A DNA stretch of 64,000 nucleotides from Plasmodiophora brassicae (lineage: Eukaryota), in assembly GCA_036867785.1 (NCBI GenBank), contig CP145409.1, positions 62,001-126,000 of the forward strand. The letters are read 5' to 3'. A program made the position numbers and the translations under genes. This document shows positions 1-11,855 of the stretch, piece after piece (the stretch's first letter is position 1; each line of letters opens with the position of its first letter). The notes under the pieces are model-generated. The model was given only the letters and a program-made list of their open reading frames with translations. It was not told the DNA's origin and did no database searches.

Positions 1-1
1 T

Positions 2-612
2 AAGCACGACGTTCACTGCGCAGGTTTGAGCCTGCCACAACGGTCAGCGACTTGCGCCTCGCGGAAGGATCGTTGGTATAACTTCGCGCTACGCTTCCAA
101 ATGGACGGCGCGTCCTCGGTGCAGGCACGGGTTTGTCAAGAATGGAGGTAATGGTAAAATCGGTCCGATAAAGAGCCTCGGACGATCGCGGCACAGCTGG
201 GGGGTGTCCCGACTTATTCACATGTGGTTTCCAAGTTCCTGACAACACCAAGATCAATATGTACTCGAGGTCAGCGACCATGTTAGATGGACGGACAGGA
301 GCGGGGAGAGAAGCAACGCCCCGGAGGGTGTTCTTTGGCTAGAAATGCACCTGCGGTCAATGCAGAGATCGAAAAGCGAAATGATGACACAAACCTTGGA
401 GGCGGGAAGCTGAGTCTTATTCCGACATGATCTCTTCCGAGGCCTTTTAGGTTTTACCATTACCTCCATTCTTGACAGCACCCGTGCCTGCACCGTACCG
501 AGGACGTCCCATCCATTTGGAAGCATAGCGCGAATACCAACTATCCTTCTGCGAGGCGCAAGTCGCAGACCGTTGTGGCAGGCTCAAACCTGCGATACTG
601 AACGTCGTGCTT
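2..612. repeat. Long imperfect inverted repeat (arms ~2-160 and ~451-612); potential long hairpin RNA
   Basis: The reverse complement of 451-612 (aagcacgacgttcagtatcgcaggtttgagcctgccacaacgg...gtcaagaatggaggtaatggtaaaac) aligns to 2-160 with few substitutions or indels. The left arm may extend beyond the window start. Confidence 0.9.
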
Positions 613-1172
613 CTCGGTATCATGCAGATCTACAGGAGGTAGAACGTGTAGACGGGTGCGACATTCCTCGGTCACCTGCTAGCTCCAGCGTAGTCGCACT
701 GGTGACGTCAAGACTGAGTAGCGAACAATTCACTCCACAATGTTGGCGAAGCTCTTCAGGAACACAGACGTGGAATTGGAACGAGATACGCTGGAGACGC
801 CTGCGAGGTCAAAGCAACTCGGTTTCTGCGCTGCAAATATAAATTGTTGAACAACAGTACTATCGAGGCGTTCCCGCGAGAAGGAACACGACCAATACTT
901 ATTCTTCATACAGCGATAGGAGAGAAAACCCACCCCCGGCGATTGCGACGATCATATACGTCGCGACAGACGCCGCCATACCGCTCCACCTACGGCCGCC
1001 ACAGAATCAATTCGACTCGCTTGCCCATGAGGGGTCCGACTCCGTGAACCCCCAAAAATCGGGCGACGAATCGGTCAAACGACAGTCCGAACGACCCCCG
1101 GGGGTGAATCACACACACAGCCCATCTCGCAGACAGACGATGGTACGCGGCATGCAGGTCAATTGATACAGT

Positions 1173-2891
1173 TTAGAACGCATTTGATGATGACGTTACG
1201 CTGGCACTTCCAGTTGCGTTGCCTTCCGAGTTCGACGAATCGTCTTCGCCTAAATGGTCTTCGTCTGCCCGCTGCTCATAGCCCTGTTTTCTCAGGGCAC
1301 GATCGGCACGTTGCGCGTCCTCCAGCTCGACCTTCTTTGTCTGTGCCAGGTCGAAGTTGCCCTCGGCGAGTGCGACCAAGTCAGCCCTAAACCTGGAGTC
1401 CGACGGCAGCGGGTCCGCTACCGCCTGCGCAAAGACGTTGCTTTTGACGCGCGCATCGTACAGGACCGTGCCGTTGCTCTTGACCTCGTTCAGCCACGAT
1501 CCTTCTACCTGGGCGACCCTCGATCCCTTTCTCATAATGTCGCCTCGGAATATGTCTGAAGGCGACGAGCTCGATACGAAGAAGCTCCTGTAGACGAATG
1601 TTCAGCCACGGTGACGACCGACCACAAAGGCGCATTTCGACATTACTTTAGGTAACTAACGCCATCGGGGTTGAACACGATTTTGCAGTCCAGCTCGTTC
1701 CTCCTGTCTGCGACCTGCATTTCTCCTAGGTACTCTGAAATGCGATCGCCGTACCTATCCGATATCAGTCAGCATGGCGCTTCAAAGACACGCATGTCAG
1801 TTGCTTACAGAATCCCACTTAGCCACAAATAAGGAAGAGTGTAGGACACGCGGGAGCCATCTTGAAATTCAACAACGTTCGGCCCGCTTTGCGATCTGCG
1901 AAGCCAATGAGTCGACAGCCACGGCCGAACCGATGCGAACTACGTTACCCTTTCAGACAGTTCCCCCGCCACGCTGCCGCGAATGTCGCATACCCATACA
2001 GCTTGTCTTTCCAACGACAGTCAGGCCGACTCCATCACAACAATGAATACGGCGAGGCCCTACAAAGGTTGTTCGGGCCGAAGACCTGGTAATGCGATAC
2101 AGGCGGGTGGTGGCTGGTCTGCTCCAAGTACATCTGTGTCCCGTCACCGAACTCAGCTTGGTACGTCTCGCCAACTGCACAACGGCTGTCAGAAATTAGC
2201 AGGCGGGCGGCGACATGCACGTCGTACGGATCGGGTTGAACGGCTTCCACTGGCGCACGCTAAAGTGCAATCCCGAAATGGCAAACGCGATGACGTATTT
2301 CATGCGTTCGACCGGGTCCGTCTGCTGTGCCGCTTTCGTCAGCAGGTCAGGAGCGCAAGACCATCCATCGGACAATCGCTGGAGGAAAGAACGCGGCTCG
2401 AATATTCGAACCGGAAGCGACATCCTGAATGCTGATGTAAGCCCAGCGTCACGCAACGTACACATTTCGAAGCAACGTACGACATGATATTGACAGCGTT
2501 TCCAGACAGCACATTCCAGCCGATGGTCTTGATAGCATCCCAGACAACCCTCCGCTGACAGCACAACGTCAGTGTGGAGATCTGGGCAACGAACAGTATG
2601 CACAGAACCTGGACGTCTATCAGCATCGCATCACTGAACAGCACACCACCCTTGTCGGCAACATTGCTGACGTCGCCCAGCGTATGGCTGTCCTTCTCTG
2701 GGTGGTTTGCGGCAATGAGCTGGTGTAGGCAGATAGGACAGTGTACGTGGATTACCGAGGGCCACACGAAGGTCCTTGTCGAGCTGCTCGCGGCCGGTCG
2801 CATCCAGCTCCTCATCGAAGCGCGCCGCCTCCTCCTTGATCTTCGTATCGTCATCGAGCGCATCCGGGCCCTTGCCGCTGGAGGCCTTCAT
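1173..2891 (-). CDS. Oxysterol-binding protein (OSBP/ORP family), multi-exon
   Basis: Exon translations include MSLPVRIFEPRSFLQRL, KPFNPI, YLEQTSHHPPVSHY, and LPSDSRFRADL...AQTKKVELEDAQRADR, all OSBP-domain signatures. GT-AG introns. Confidence 0.9.
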
Positions 2892-3422
2892 CGCGTCCAC
2901 GGCCGCCCCGACGCCACACACTGCCGCCGACAGTCACCGCCGACGGGACAGTGGACACGGTTACCATTCTCCGCCCGTGGCGTTACACGGGGGATTCAAA
3001 ATGGGTCCCAAAACGAGGCACGTCCCTGCTGCAAAACGTGGTTGTCCGCGTCCACGGCGACTTCACACACGCCCGCACCGCGCAATGCATCTCACGACGC
3101 ATTGCACGTACGAGCCCGAGACGCTGGAGAGGCCTCACACTGGCCCAGATATGTCGGGGAAGTTTCCCGTGTTGAGTCCGGGTTCTCCCGTCCCCAGGGC
3201 ACCATGCTAAATAGGGGAACCGGGCGACAGGGCCGGCGGGCAACGATGCAGAAAATTGCGTGAGCCGGCGCTGGAATTTGCCCAGTCCCAGGGCATCGCG
3301 TTTTGGTCGGCGGTACGGTTGCTGTGTGCGACGGTGCGGCGCGGTTGCCGGGTGGATTTTCATTTGTTGATTTTTGTGTGCGCGAACGAGGTCGGGTCGT
3401 CGCCACCGTCGCCCATCGCCTG

Positions 3423-4420
3423 ATGTCATCCGCAACGCCAGCGACACCGGCCAAGCCGGCCTTCGTCCCTGTCTTCTTCAAGGACTTCGGCAAGACCGTT
3501 ACCGGTACGGGTATCGCCCGGCGGTGCCGCACGACCGCTCACCGCGACTTGTGTCACAGATATCCTCAAGCCGAGCAAGTACGAGCTCGGCAAACAGGTC
3601 GAAATCAAGACGAAGGCGCAGAACGGCGTCGTACGTGATTTTCTGGTCACGTTTGTCTGTACGATGCCGTTGCTGACCGTTGCATATATAGTCGTTCACT
3701 GCGTCGAGCTCGCTGCTGGAGGACGATGTTCCCGGCAAGCTCCTGATTAAGTCGAGCGTCTGCAAGGCGACTGACGTCGAAGGTGAACTTCACACGAGCG
3801 GCAAATTCGTCGGCAAGGTCACGTCGGAGCGGGTCACCGACGGTTTGAAGGTCATTGCCAGCAACGAGGTTCTGCCCGGCAAGGGTTCCAGCGTGCACGT
3901 CGTCGAGGCGCAGTACGCAAGAAACAACGTTGCTCTGACGGCGGCCGTCACCAGCAACCTGTTCAAGGACTACAAGCTGGACGGCTCGTTCGTGTTCGGG
4001 TACGAAGGCGTATCGTTCGGCGGGCAGACCACGTACAAGGACAATGCGCTGACGGACTACAACGGCGGTATCGAGTACGCCAACCCCGAGTTCAAGGTAA
4101 CGCTGAAGACCGCAAACAAGGCCGACAAGGTGGTTGCGTCGTACTCGCACGCCGTCAACAGCACGACGAGCGTCATCGGCTCGTTCGGCTACGACCTGGG
4201 CAAGGCGTCGCCCGGCAAGGAGTTCTCCATTGGTGGCACACACAAGATCGATGACGTGTCAAGCGTGACGTCGGTGTTCACCAGCAAGGGTTCGTCCGGC
4301 GTTCTGTCGGCACTGTACGAGGTCAAGGTGCAGCCTACGACGACACTGTCCCTCGGCACGGTTGTCGACCTGCACGACACGACTCGTCAGAAGTTCGGCT
4401 TCAAGCTGACCCTCGGTTGA
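3423..4420 (+). CDS. VDAC: Mitochondrial outer membrane porin (VDAC), 3 exons
   Basis: N-terminal PVFFKDFGK, a beta-strand alternating pattern, and C-terminal KFGFKLTL beta signal. Main ORF 3845-4420. Confidence 0.85.
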
Positions 4421-4523
4421 TCAGCAATGCCACGAGTTGCAGCTGCGCGCGCCAGTCCAATTTCTTCTCGCTTTCAAACCCTGATTGCCGAATAAAACAC
4501 GAGCGCACCTCGGTGTATTAATG

Positions 4524-4545
4524 GTGTGTGTGTGTGTGTGTGTGT
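4524..4545. repeat. (TG)n microsatellite
   Basis: gtgtgtgtgtgtgtgtgtgtgt lies between convergent genes. Confidence 0.9.
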
Positions 4546-4555
4546 ATGTGCACCC

Positions 4556-5452
4556 CTACTCGATATGACGGGACCTGTTGTGCTTGATCAGCAATGATCG
4601 AACGCGTTCATCTTGTGCCGCCTCGATCGCAACCTGTATGACCTTCCGGCGCACGCTCTCGTCCTTGATTTGCGCAACAAGGTACTGGACAATGGCCAGG
4701 TGCCCACCTCGGGACGCTAGGCGGACATGGGCACACCTCCAGGTTACCCCAGCTTGAACGTTGCGACGCACGTCGGCAATAGACCCGTTGCGAATCGCTC
4801 TTGTCAGACTGGTCGGTGACGGGTTCCCTACGGTCGTCACGTCCGATTGCTTCGCAGGCCCACGTATCAGACCGCTGCCCACAGCCTTTGGTGGGAACCG
4901 TTTGACGTTCGTCGCACGCTGACCGCCGCGGATACCACCTGCCTGGCGGCCAGCATCCACGAGATCATCGCCGGTGATCCCAGAAACCGATTTGCGAGGC
5001 ATTCGTAGACGCCGATACAGCGGGCCAGTCTCATCCAACATTGTTGGCGCATATGTACACCCGCCGGTGGTATCGTCCTTTCTCGACGTGATCGGTGCGC
5101 AGATCGTGAGGCCATCGTTGACGTCTGCCTTGGATATAGCACGCTGGGCATGTGCGGTCCCGTTCGCGCGACAGCGCAGGTCGGCACGCAGCGGTTGATT
5201 AGGCAGGGTGCCCGTGACCTGCCCCACACGGAACATGTCGCGGCTTAAGGTTAAGATGTCGGCCTCGTGCTCGATTATGTCGACAGTGGCGTCGTTGTCA
5301 CGGCCACATCGCCAACCATGACGTCCTGCGTGACTCAATGTCTCCCGAGCGAATGGGTTTCCGACCGGTTTGTATTCGCGTCGAGGAGCCGCTTCCGATG
5401 ACGATGACGGGCGTGCCGGGTCAGTCATGTCGACGCTTACGCCTGTCACCAT
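4556..5452 (-). CDS. Hypothetical protein with C-terminal ankyrin-like repeat; 5' exons uncertain
   Basis: 298-aa ORF containing LTRAIRNGSIADVR...LASRGGHLAIVQYLV, which resembles an ankyrin repeat. Confidence 0.55.
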   Translation of the reverse strand: MVTGVSVDMTDPARPSSSSEAAPRREYKPVGNPFARETLSHAGRHGWRCGRDNDATVDIIEHEADILTLSRDMFRVGQVTGTLPNQPLRADLRCRANGTAHAQRAISKADVNDGLTICAPITSRKDDTTGGCTYAPTMLDETGPLYRRLRMPRKSVSGITGDDLVDAGRQAGGIRGGQRATNVKRFPPKAVGSGLIRGPAKQSDVTTVGNPSPTSLTRAIRNGSIADVRRNVQAGVTWRCAHVRLASRGGHLAIVQYLVAQIKDESVRRKVIQVAIEAAQDERVRSLLIKHNRSRHIE

Positions 5453-5900
5453 CGGTCAAATCCCATCGCCTCAAGTTTAGCTGGCGTCTGACGAGACATG
5501 CACCTCGTGTCGCTTGACGACGACCCAGAAGATTCTGGATCAGTCTGTGACAAAACCGAGCTAGTTAGCGGGCGTCCAGCGGCGGTGGAAGAACGGATCC
5601 AGGTGACCTTGTCAACGCATCGCGTTTCCGCTAACAACGAACACGGTTAGACGCGCCATGCCAGTATATATCGGCGCCGTGCATACCGGCCCAGTCGACA
5701 ACTGTGCAGCCGTGTGACAAGTACTGTCGACGTGTAGGCGGATCGGGTTCGTCATCGTCGACGGGACTGCAACTCGTTCCTGTTCCCTCAGCCTGCGTAT
5801 ACGCCAATCAGAGAGCAGCACGGTCTGGCAAGCAATCGGGCATGATCCGCACATAGGCCGCCCTGGTTTCACCTAGACACCACAGTGAGAACGTTTGCCG

Positions 5901-6425
5901 TCACAACAGACCCAGCCTACGCTGCGTACTAGCCCACTCGGAGACAATGGTGCTCAGCGATGGGGCCGGCCGTGTTGCCGGTGAGCGTGGACGTGGTTCG
6001 GCACCAGGCATGTCGCAGGGTTCAACTCCAAACTGTTTCGAGTATCGTACCGGCGGCTGGGGTGGGCCAACGTCCCCCGTGCGGTCGAGACGTCGGTGCT
6101 GACGAGTGAAGGGTCGCGTGAACAGCGCCAGGTACTTCTGATAGGTCTTCAGCCACAGATCCCTGGTCGACTCGTGTCGGGACACCGCCGCCAATGGGTT
6201 GTTAAACAGAATATCGTCCTCTTTCTCGACGAATCGGTTACTGAACCTGGGAACGGGGGCCGTCGAACGATCAGCGTTCAGCGCCTCCTTCGCAGGGGGA
6301 GCAACCGTTACATTGTGTCCATCACCGACGGCGGATCCTGCGCCTCGTTCGGCACTGGATCGCGGCGTCGGCCCTGGTCTGCTCTTCGCGGTCGCGTAGA
6401 GCGGACCCGTCGCCCTATCGGGCAC
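5901..6425 (-). CDS. Hypothetical protein
   Basis: 174-aa ATG-initiated ORF with a protein-like core (DDILFNNPL...LWLKTYQKYLALFTRPF). No family recognised. Confidence 0.45.
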   Translation of the reverse strand: MPDRATGPLYATAKSRPGPTPRSSAERGAGSAVGDGHNVTVAPPAKEALNADRSTAPVPRFSNRFVEKEDDILFNNPLAAVSRHESTRDLWLKTYQKYLALFTRPFTRQHRRLDRTGDVGPPQPPVRYSKQFGVEPCDMPGAEPRPRSPATRPAPSLSTIVSEWASTQRRLGLL

Positions 6426-6669
6426 GACCTGGCCGCCGTCGGTCGCCGCGCCCCCGTTAATAACGGCGCACGCATTGTCAGACTCGCTGAGCGACCTGCA
6501 ACGAACTCTGTATAGCCCAACGGATCCCGGACAAGGTGCAAATGGTTAACGAAAGCAGCAGTACGTATATTGGGACAAGCGTACGAATCACTTGCTACGC
6601 CTGCCTGTTCGGCGGCTGCGAACCGAGCCACCAGCGCTACTGGACCTCCCGGGCGGCAATTGCGGCAGG

Positions 6670-7650
6670 TCCTCAGCGACAGTCTCTGGGGGCAGCATAT
6701 GCAGTGAGGGCCCTGCGCGACGCTGACGAATGCAACGATTCACCTCCGGATGCGTCGACGAACCCACGCGGATGCGAAGAACCCAGCACTGTACCAGAAC
6801 GGACATCCTGCTTACAAGGACGTGTCAATGGTGGCGAGCGGGGCACAGAATCGTGATTACCTGGTCGTCCACGACCTCCCTTGTGTGGCCTAACACATCA
6901 AAGCGCAATTCAGACGGGCGATGAGGCAGAATGATGACCACACGAAACGTTACCAGACGAGTCGGTGACGCTTCGTCGCGTTTCACGGCGGCCGTCGGGC
7001 GTGACTCGCGTGTCTGTCCTGACGGTTTGCCTGCCGTCTGAGAAGACAGTCATCGAGCTGTACTGCGTCCCTCCTGCCCCGCCAAAGAAGTCATCGTCGT
7101 CGTCGCCATCATCTTCGTCGCTGTCGACATCATCAAAGTCGTCACTGGCGTGCACGATTCCCATCTCCCTGGAAGCGCGGGCGCGTGCAGCCGGGGTCTC
7201 GTCCAGCCAGTCGTCAAGGTGGTGCTTGACCTTGTCGAAGTCCGAGGTGAACTGGTCGATTAGATTCGGGTCCGGCTTCTGCACGGCCTGCGGTTTCCAC
7301 ATGAGGCAATCCAGGCCGGGATGGATAAAGGAGTCGTCATCCCTGCACCCAAACGCAGACCCAGTAACCATCGGGTGCCAGCCAGCCCGCGAACGGTATA
7401 CACATACCAAAGATCGATCATACGCCGGGCCGTGGCCAGCGGCGACTCGCCGTATGGAATCGGCTCGCGATCCTCGACGACCAGCTGGCGACGTCGCTTC
7501 TTCGCCGCGCCCCAGTCGTCCTTTGTATTGTAATCGTATCGCGGTGGCCTGAACCTCGACGACAGCGTGCGCACGGCGCCGCCCGCACGCCACCACGGCG
7601 AGGCTCGCGCTTGGGCACCAACCCCGGTCAGGAACCAACCACCCATCCGA
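6670..7650 (-). CDS. Hypothetical multi-exon protein with acidic tract, weakly MLF-like
   Basis: Exon contains FTSDFDKVKHHLDDWLDE, a DDDD tract and QYSSMTVFSDG...TPDGRRETRRSVTDSSG. Intron donors are visible but boundaries are uncertain. Confidence 0.4.
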
Positions 7651-7913
7651 AAGTGGCGACGGCCGCCGACCCGGAGCTGCACCCGGACTAACCAGTTGAG
7701 GGTACCCCCCACACACAGTCGCCGGCCCCTGTTGCAGTCGGGCACGGCCGTAGGGACCAGGGAGGCGGCGGCAGGCGACCGCAGCGCACTGCCAGAGACA
7801 GAGAATCCGTGACAAGGCGAGGTAGTGACATTGACTTGTATAGGTTTGCTGTGTGAATGAAGATTCGGCCGCGCAGGAGTTTTCACCCGCAAGGGCGGGC
7901 ACTTGGCGGGTCA

Positions 7914-10116
7914 TCACCTGGCGCCACTGTCCGAGCCGTCCTTCGACGACGCGTCTTTCGCCGAGCTCCGGATGAACTTCCTGAGTTCGTCCGTATCGAT
8001 CTTGCCATCCTGCTTGATGTCGAGCGCTTTGACCTGCGCGATAAAGCGTCAACAGCCGACGGGAACCATACAAGATACGCGGTACGTACAATTTCCCTCG
8101 CCTCCTCGTCAGACTTGCACTCCTTCAGCGAGTTCCTCAATGCATCGACAACCTCCTCGTAGCTCATGACGCCGTCGTGGTCCTGATCCAGCACCCGCAA
8201 CTTGTCGCCGATCTTGGAATCCGCGCGATCGATATCGCCCCGCAACTCAGCCAGCATGCTGCCGACTTTCTGCTTCAGACGCGCCTGCACAGCGCTCTCT
8301 GCTGCCTCCTCCTTTGTGGGTTCGCTCGGTGGTTCGTCTTCCTTGGCAGGGACCTGCTCGAGTTTCGGTGCCCGGTCGAACGTTTCGGGTAGATGGTGGT
8401 CTTCCCTCGCTGAGGCGACCTTCTCAAGCTCGGACCACTTCGCAGTGAGCTCTTCCAGCTTCTCGCGCTCCTGAGAGACGGCGCTCTCGTCGGACAGGAC
8501 GGCGAGCTCTTCACCAATTTCCGTCAGCTTCTTGAGACGGGCACGGGCTTCTTCCGCGGTCAGCTCTCCGGCTGCTTGCTCCCCAGGCACGGTTGACGGC
8601 ACAGCAGGCGTCACTGGTGGACCAACGAACGAGTCGTCCGGGAGCTCCTCCTTCGGGCTGGTGCGAATCTCTTCGGCCGCGTTCTTCTCTTTCGTCTCCT
8701 CCTTCTCCTTCTCCTTCTCCTTGATGATCTTCTCCTTCTCCTTCCAGTCCTCCTCTTCCTCCTTCAGCAGCTCGAGCTGGAACTTGACGTCCTCGAGCTT
8801 CTGGGCATTATCCGCTGGCTTGGTCGTCTCGTCGATCACATCCTCGACGATCTTGTCGTCAAGACGAGCGAGCGTCGATTTGATGGCCTGCAGTGGTGTG
8901 CCGGGTCGTTCGGCCTGGTTCAGCGTGAACACACGCGACAGCAAAAGTAGGCCAGGAGGAATCGATTGGTTCAGCGACAAGTCCAGCCACCCTTGCAGCT
9001 GCCCCTTCAGAACGTGTTCGGGCACACCAAGGGCCCGCATGCCACGCTGCCCGACAGCAGTACGTAATTCGGACAGCGTTAACGAATCGATGCCTTCCTC
9101 GACGATCGCACGGTCGTCTTCCCGAATCTCCTCCAAACGCTTCAGCAATTCGTATTGCAGTCGAGAGCTACGGCCGTACGTGTTGATGCCCATGTAGCGC
9201 GACAGGCTGGCGAGCTGTTCGCGTGATAAGTGCTCGAGCGTGAACTCATCCTCGAACAGGGACGCCAGTTGGACGACGTCGTCATTGGTGATGTACTTGC
9301 CTTCCCGAACCCGCGCCAGCAAACGAACGAGGCGGTCGGCGCGTTCACGAGCCTCTTTCGACCCTTTGTCCGTCATGTTCTTCGCGACGACCTCCGTCGT
9401 CTCCTGCAGGAATTCGGCCAGTTCGAGACGCAACTTCAGCTGCTTCTTCATCATCTCTTCCTTCTTGTGTTTGTCCTGGAACGTGGACGGAAGCATGTTC
9501 GGGAACAGGTACAGGAACAGCGGCAGGGCCAGCTCTCTGTAAGGAACGACAATGCGTAAGCGTCAAGCCGATCACATGGGACCGTTCAACAGTTGACGTA
9601 CAGGAACGGAATGATGATAAAGAACGCGAACGGAACGAACCGCGCCAAGTCAGCGGCCGTTGTCGTCAAAAGTTTACGCTCCCGCCGGGTTAGTTTCTTC
9701 CCCGTCGTCGATTTGCGAACCAGTTTCACGGCGGTCGACACGTTAGCCGCCAGCAGTTTGCAACCATTCCAGTAGTGCCACATCGTCTCCTTCGCATGTT
9801 CCCATTTCGACTTTGGCGGCGGCGGCTTGTCGGCAGAGGTGACTGACGAATCCGATTGCGTTGGCGAGGTCGACAGCCAACGATACGAACTCATGCGGTA
9901 CGGGTACCCGTCGAGGAAGGACGCCCTCTGTAACGATAGCGGGTACCGTGCAGGAGACCATGGCGTCGTACGACCACAGACAAGGAGGATCGTTGTCCGT
10001 CTTGGGTGCGTTGTCATTGGCGAATACTGTCGGGCGGACGCGAGAGCGGGACGCGACGCCGACCGCATCACGGCCGGCCGTCCAGCGGCGCCGACAAACC
10101 GACGAATCGTCAGCAT
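7914..10116 (-). CDS. LETM1: LETM1/Mdm38 mitochondrial inner-membrane protein with EF-hands
   Basis: HYWNGCKLL, LTRRERKLL..T.ADL.RFVPF, FPNMLPSTF, WLDLSL...IPP.LLLLSR, EF-hand LDQDHDGVM, and an Arg-rich mitochondrial presequence. Confidence 0.93.
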
Positions 10117-10689
10117 GGCAACTCGACCGCCCCGACGCAAACCGTCGGCAACCAGCAGTGGGCGGCGTCGTCCTAGGCAACGATGGAATCGGCGGGGGGA
10201 CGGGCACGACGACACGACGACGACAGCGCCCAGACAATCGACTCCCCTTGGTGCGGGGCTACCGTCAGTCAGTGCGCAGTCCGCCCCTCCCGCCCCCTCC
10301 GACACACGGGCACACAGCCCTGCGCTTTGCGACGCGCGACCTCGATTGCGTGCGGGGCCCGCCTCGCAGCCGCAACGTTCGACTGCCGTCCCACGGTTCA
10401 CGAACAGGACGTGCGTCGATCGGAAAACCGGCTCATGTCCCAGGCCGTGGGCAGGCCATGTATGCGCGCGTTCTCAACGGAATGGCGAAGGTCCGTCAGC
10501 TGCGCGTTGCAAAGTCAGTCCTCGAATCGTCCCGTTAGTGGCTGGCAGGCCGGGGGCGATTGGCAGTCATCTGGTTTAGACAGAAACGCCATGTTTCGCC
10601 GCACAGCGTACATTCAACACACGCGGTACGTAACGCCTAGAGTGTAAGTTCCAATCGTATCGACGCGCCGTCGGCCGGGTTTGCCTACA

Positions 10690-11800
10690 GAACCGCATTG
10701 ACTCGAACGCGCTGAGATTACAATACGTTACGTTCGTTTTATCATTGTCTAAGACTACTGTTTCGCTCGCTATGGTACGCTGCGCATGCGTTGCTTTTGG
10801 TGGACGGAGCGCAGGACGAACTCCTCGGGTGGGGTCGTGCAGCGAGCCTTGTTCCGTTTGCCGGGGCAATCGGATCTGCCACAGATCTCCCGGAGGCCCT
10901 GTGCGTTGATACGCCCATTGCGGCAGGTCGGGCTGGCTCTCTGTCGACGCTTGGGTGGTTCGCTCCGTCGTCCGACCTGCACATTCCCGACATGCTTACC
11001 GACATGTAGTAAATCGGCAACGACCAAGACGGTACGTACCTGGGGCGTGGCTACGCTGCCAGCGGTAGTCGCCATGTGCACCATAAATCCACCCTGTTGC
11101 CATGCGACCGATCAGTGCCCGCCCGGTCAAGCCACCTCGATGGATTACCGACCGGGTCGGCTAAAGGCGACGACGGCAGCGGATCCGAATGCGCGCGCGT
11201 CAGGAGCTGGCACAGCGTGAACGCGGCCGATTCGTCGCGGTCCCGTAACGCAACCGGCTGCCCGGCGTCTGCTATTACCGCTGCTGCTGCCCCACCATGC
11301 GCCTCGGCAGACGCCGACATTTGCCCCACGTCCAGGTGCTCGGTGCCGACGATGCAGTCAATGATGATGGCTGTGGGGTCGTCGGACGTTGGCCCCACAC
11401 GAAGCCACTTGCGTTTTGCGCGCAGACACCGAAACCGCGTAAAACGAGTTTGCGCAGTCCGCCAGCTGCGAACACCCACGGCCCACGGGGCGGGGGGACG
11501 CTGGCGACGGACACCGGCCTGTTTGACGTATGTCGAATATCGATCCGCAGGCGCGATGGTCAGTACAGAGCTAGGCCTCGGTCTGGTCAGCTCACATGTG
11601 TATTTGCCCGACGTACGGCGCCATGTCGACGGGAACCAAACGTACCCGCATCAGCAGCGCTGACAAACCCAACCTGACTGAATGAATACATCGAGAGCAG
11701 GACGATGGTGCCTGCACCGATACCCAACTGTGTAGGTACGTAAGTACATGCGTCCACATGTGCAACAACAACAACAAACGAGAGGTATAGTCGACAGAAA
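10690..11800 (+). ncRNA. Candidate large structured non-coding RNA or structured leader
   Basis: No credible ORF. Many nested helices seen by eye, e.g. 10791-10869 (G.U-rich), 10923-10932/10971-10980, 11263-11272/11307-11316 and 11412-11422/11436-11446. Confidence 0.45.
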
Positions 11801-11855
11801 AAGGGCAACGCGTGACACGGTTGCGCGTCCGCCTCCAGAACGCGATCGGCATGAG

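Noticed and set aside
381-413. Box C (ATGATGA) and box D (CTGA) as a C/D snoRNA
   Set aside because: The spacing is too short and no terminal stem or rRNA complementarity is evident.
445-456. TTTTAGGTTTTA as a telomerase RNA template
   Set aside because: It has only two Gs and overlaps the end of the long stem. No supporting pseudoknot was identified.
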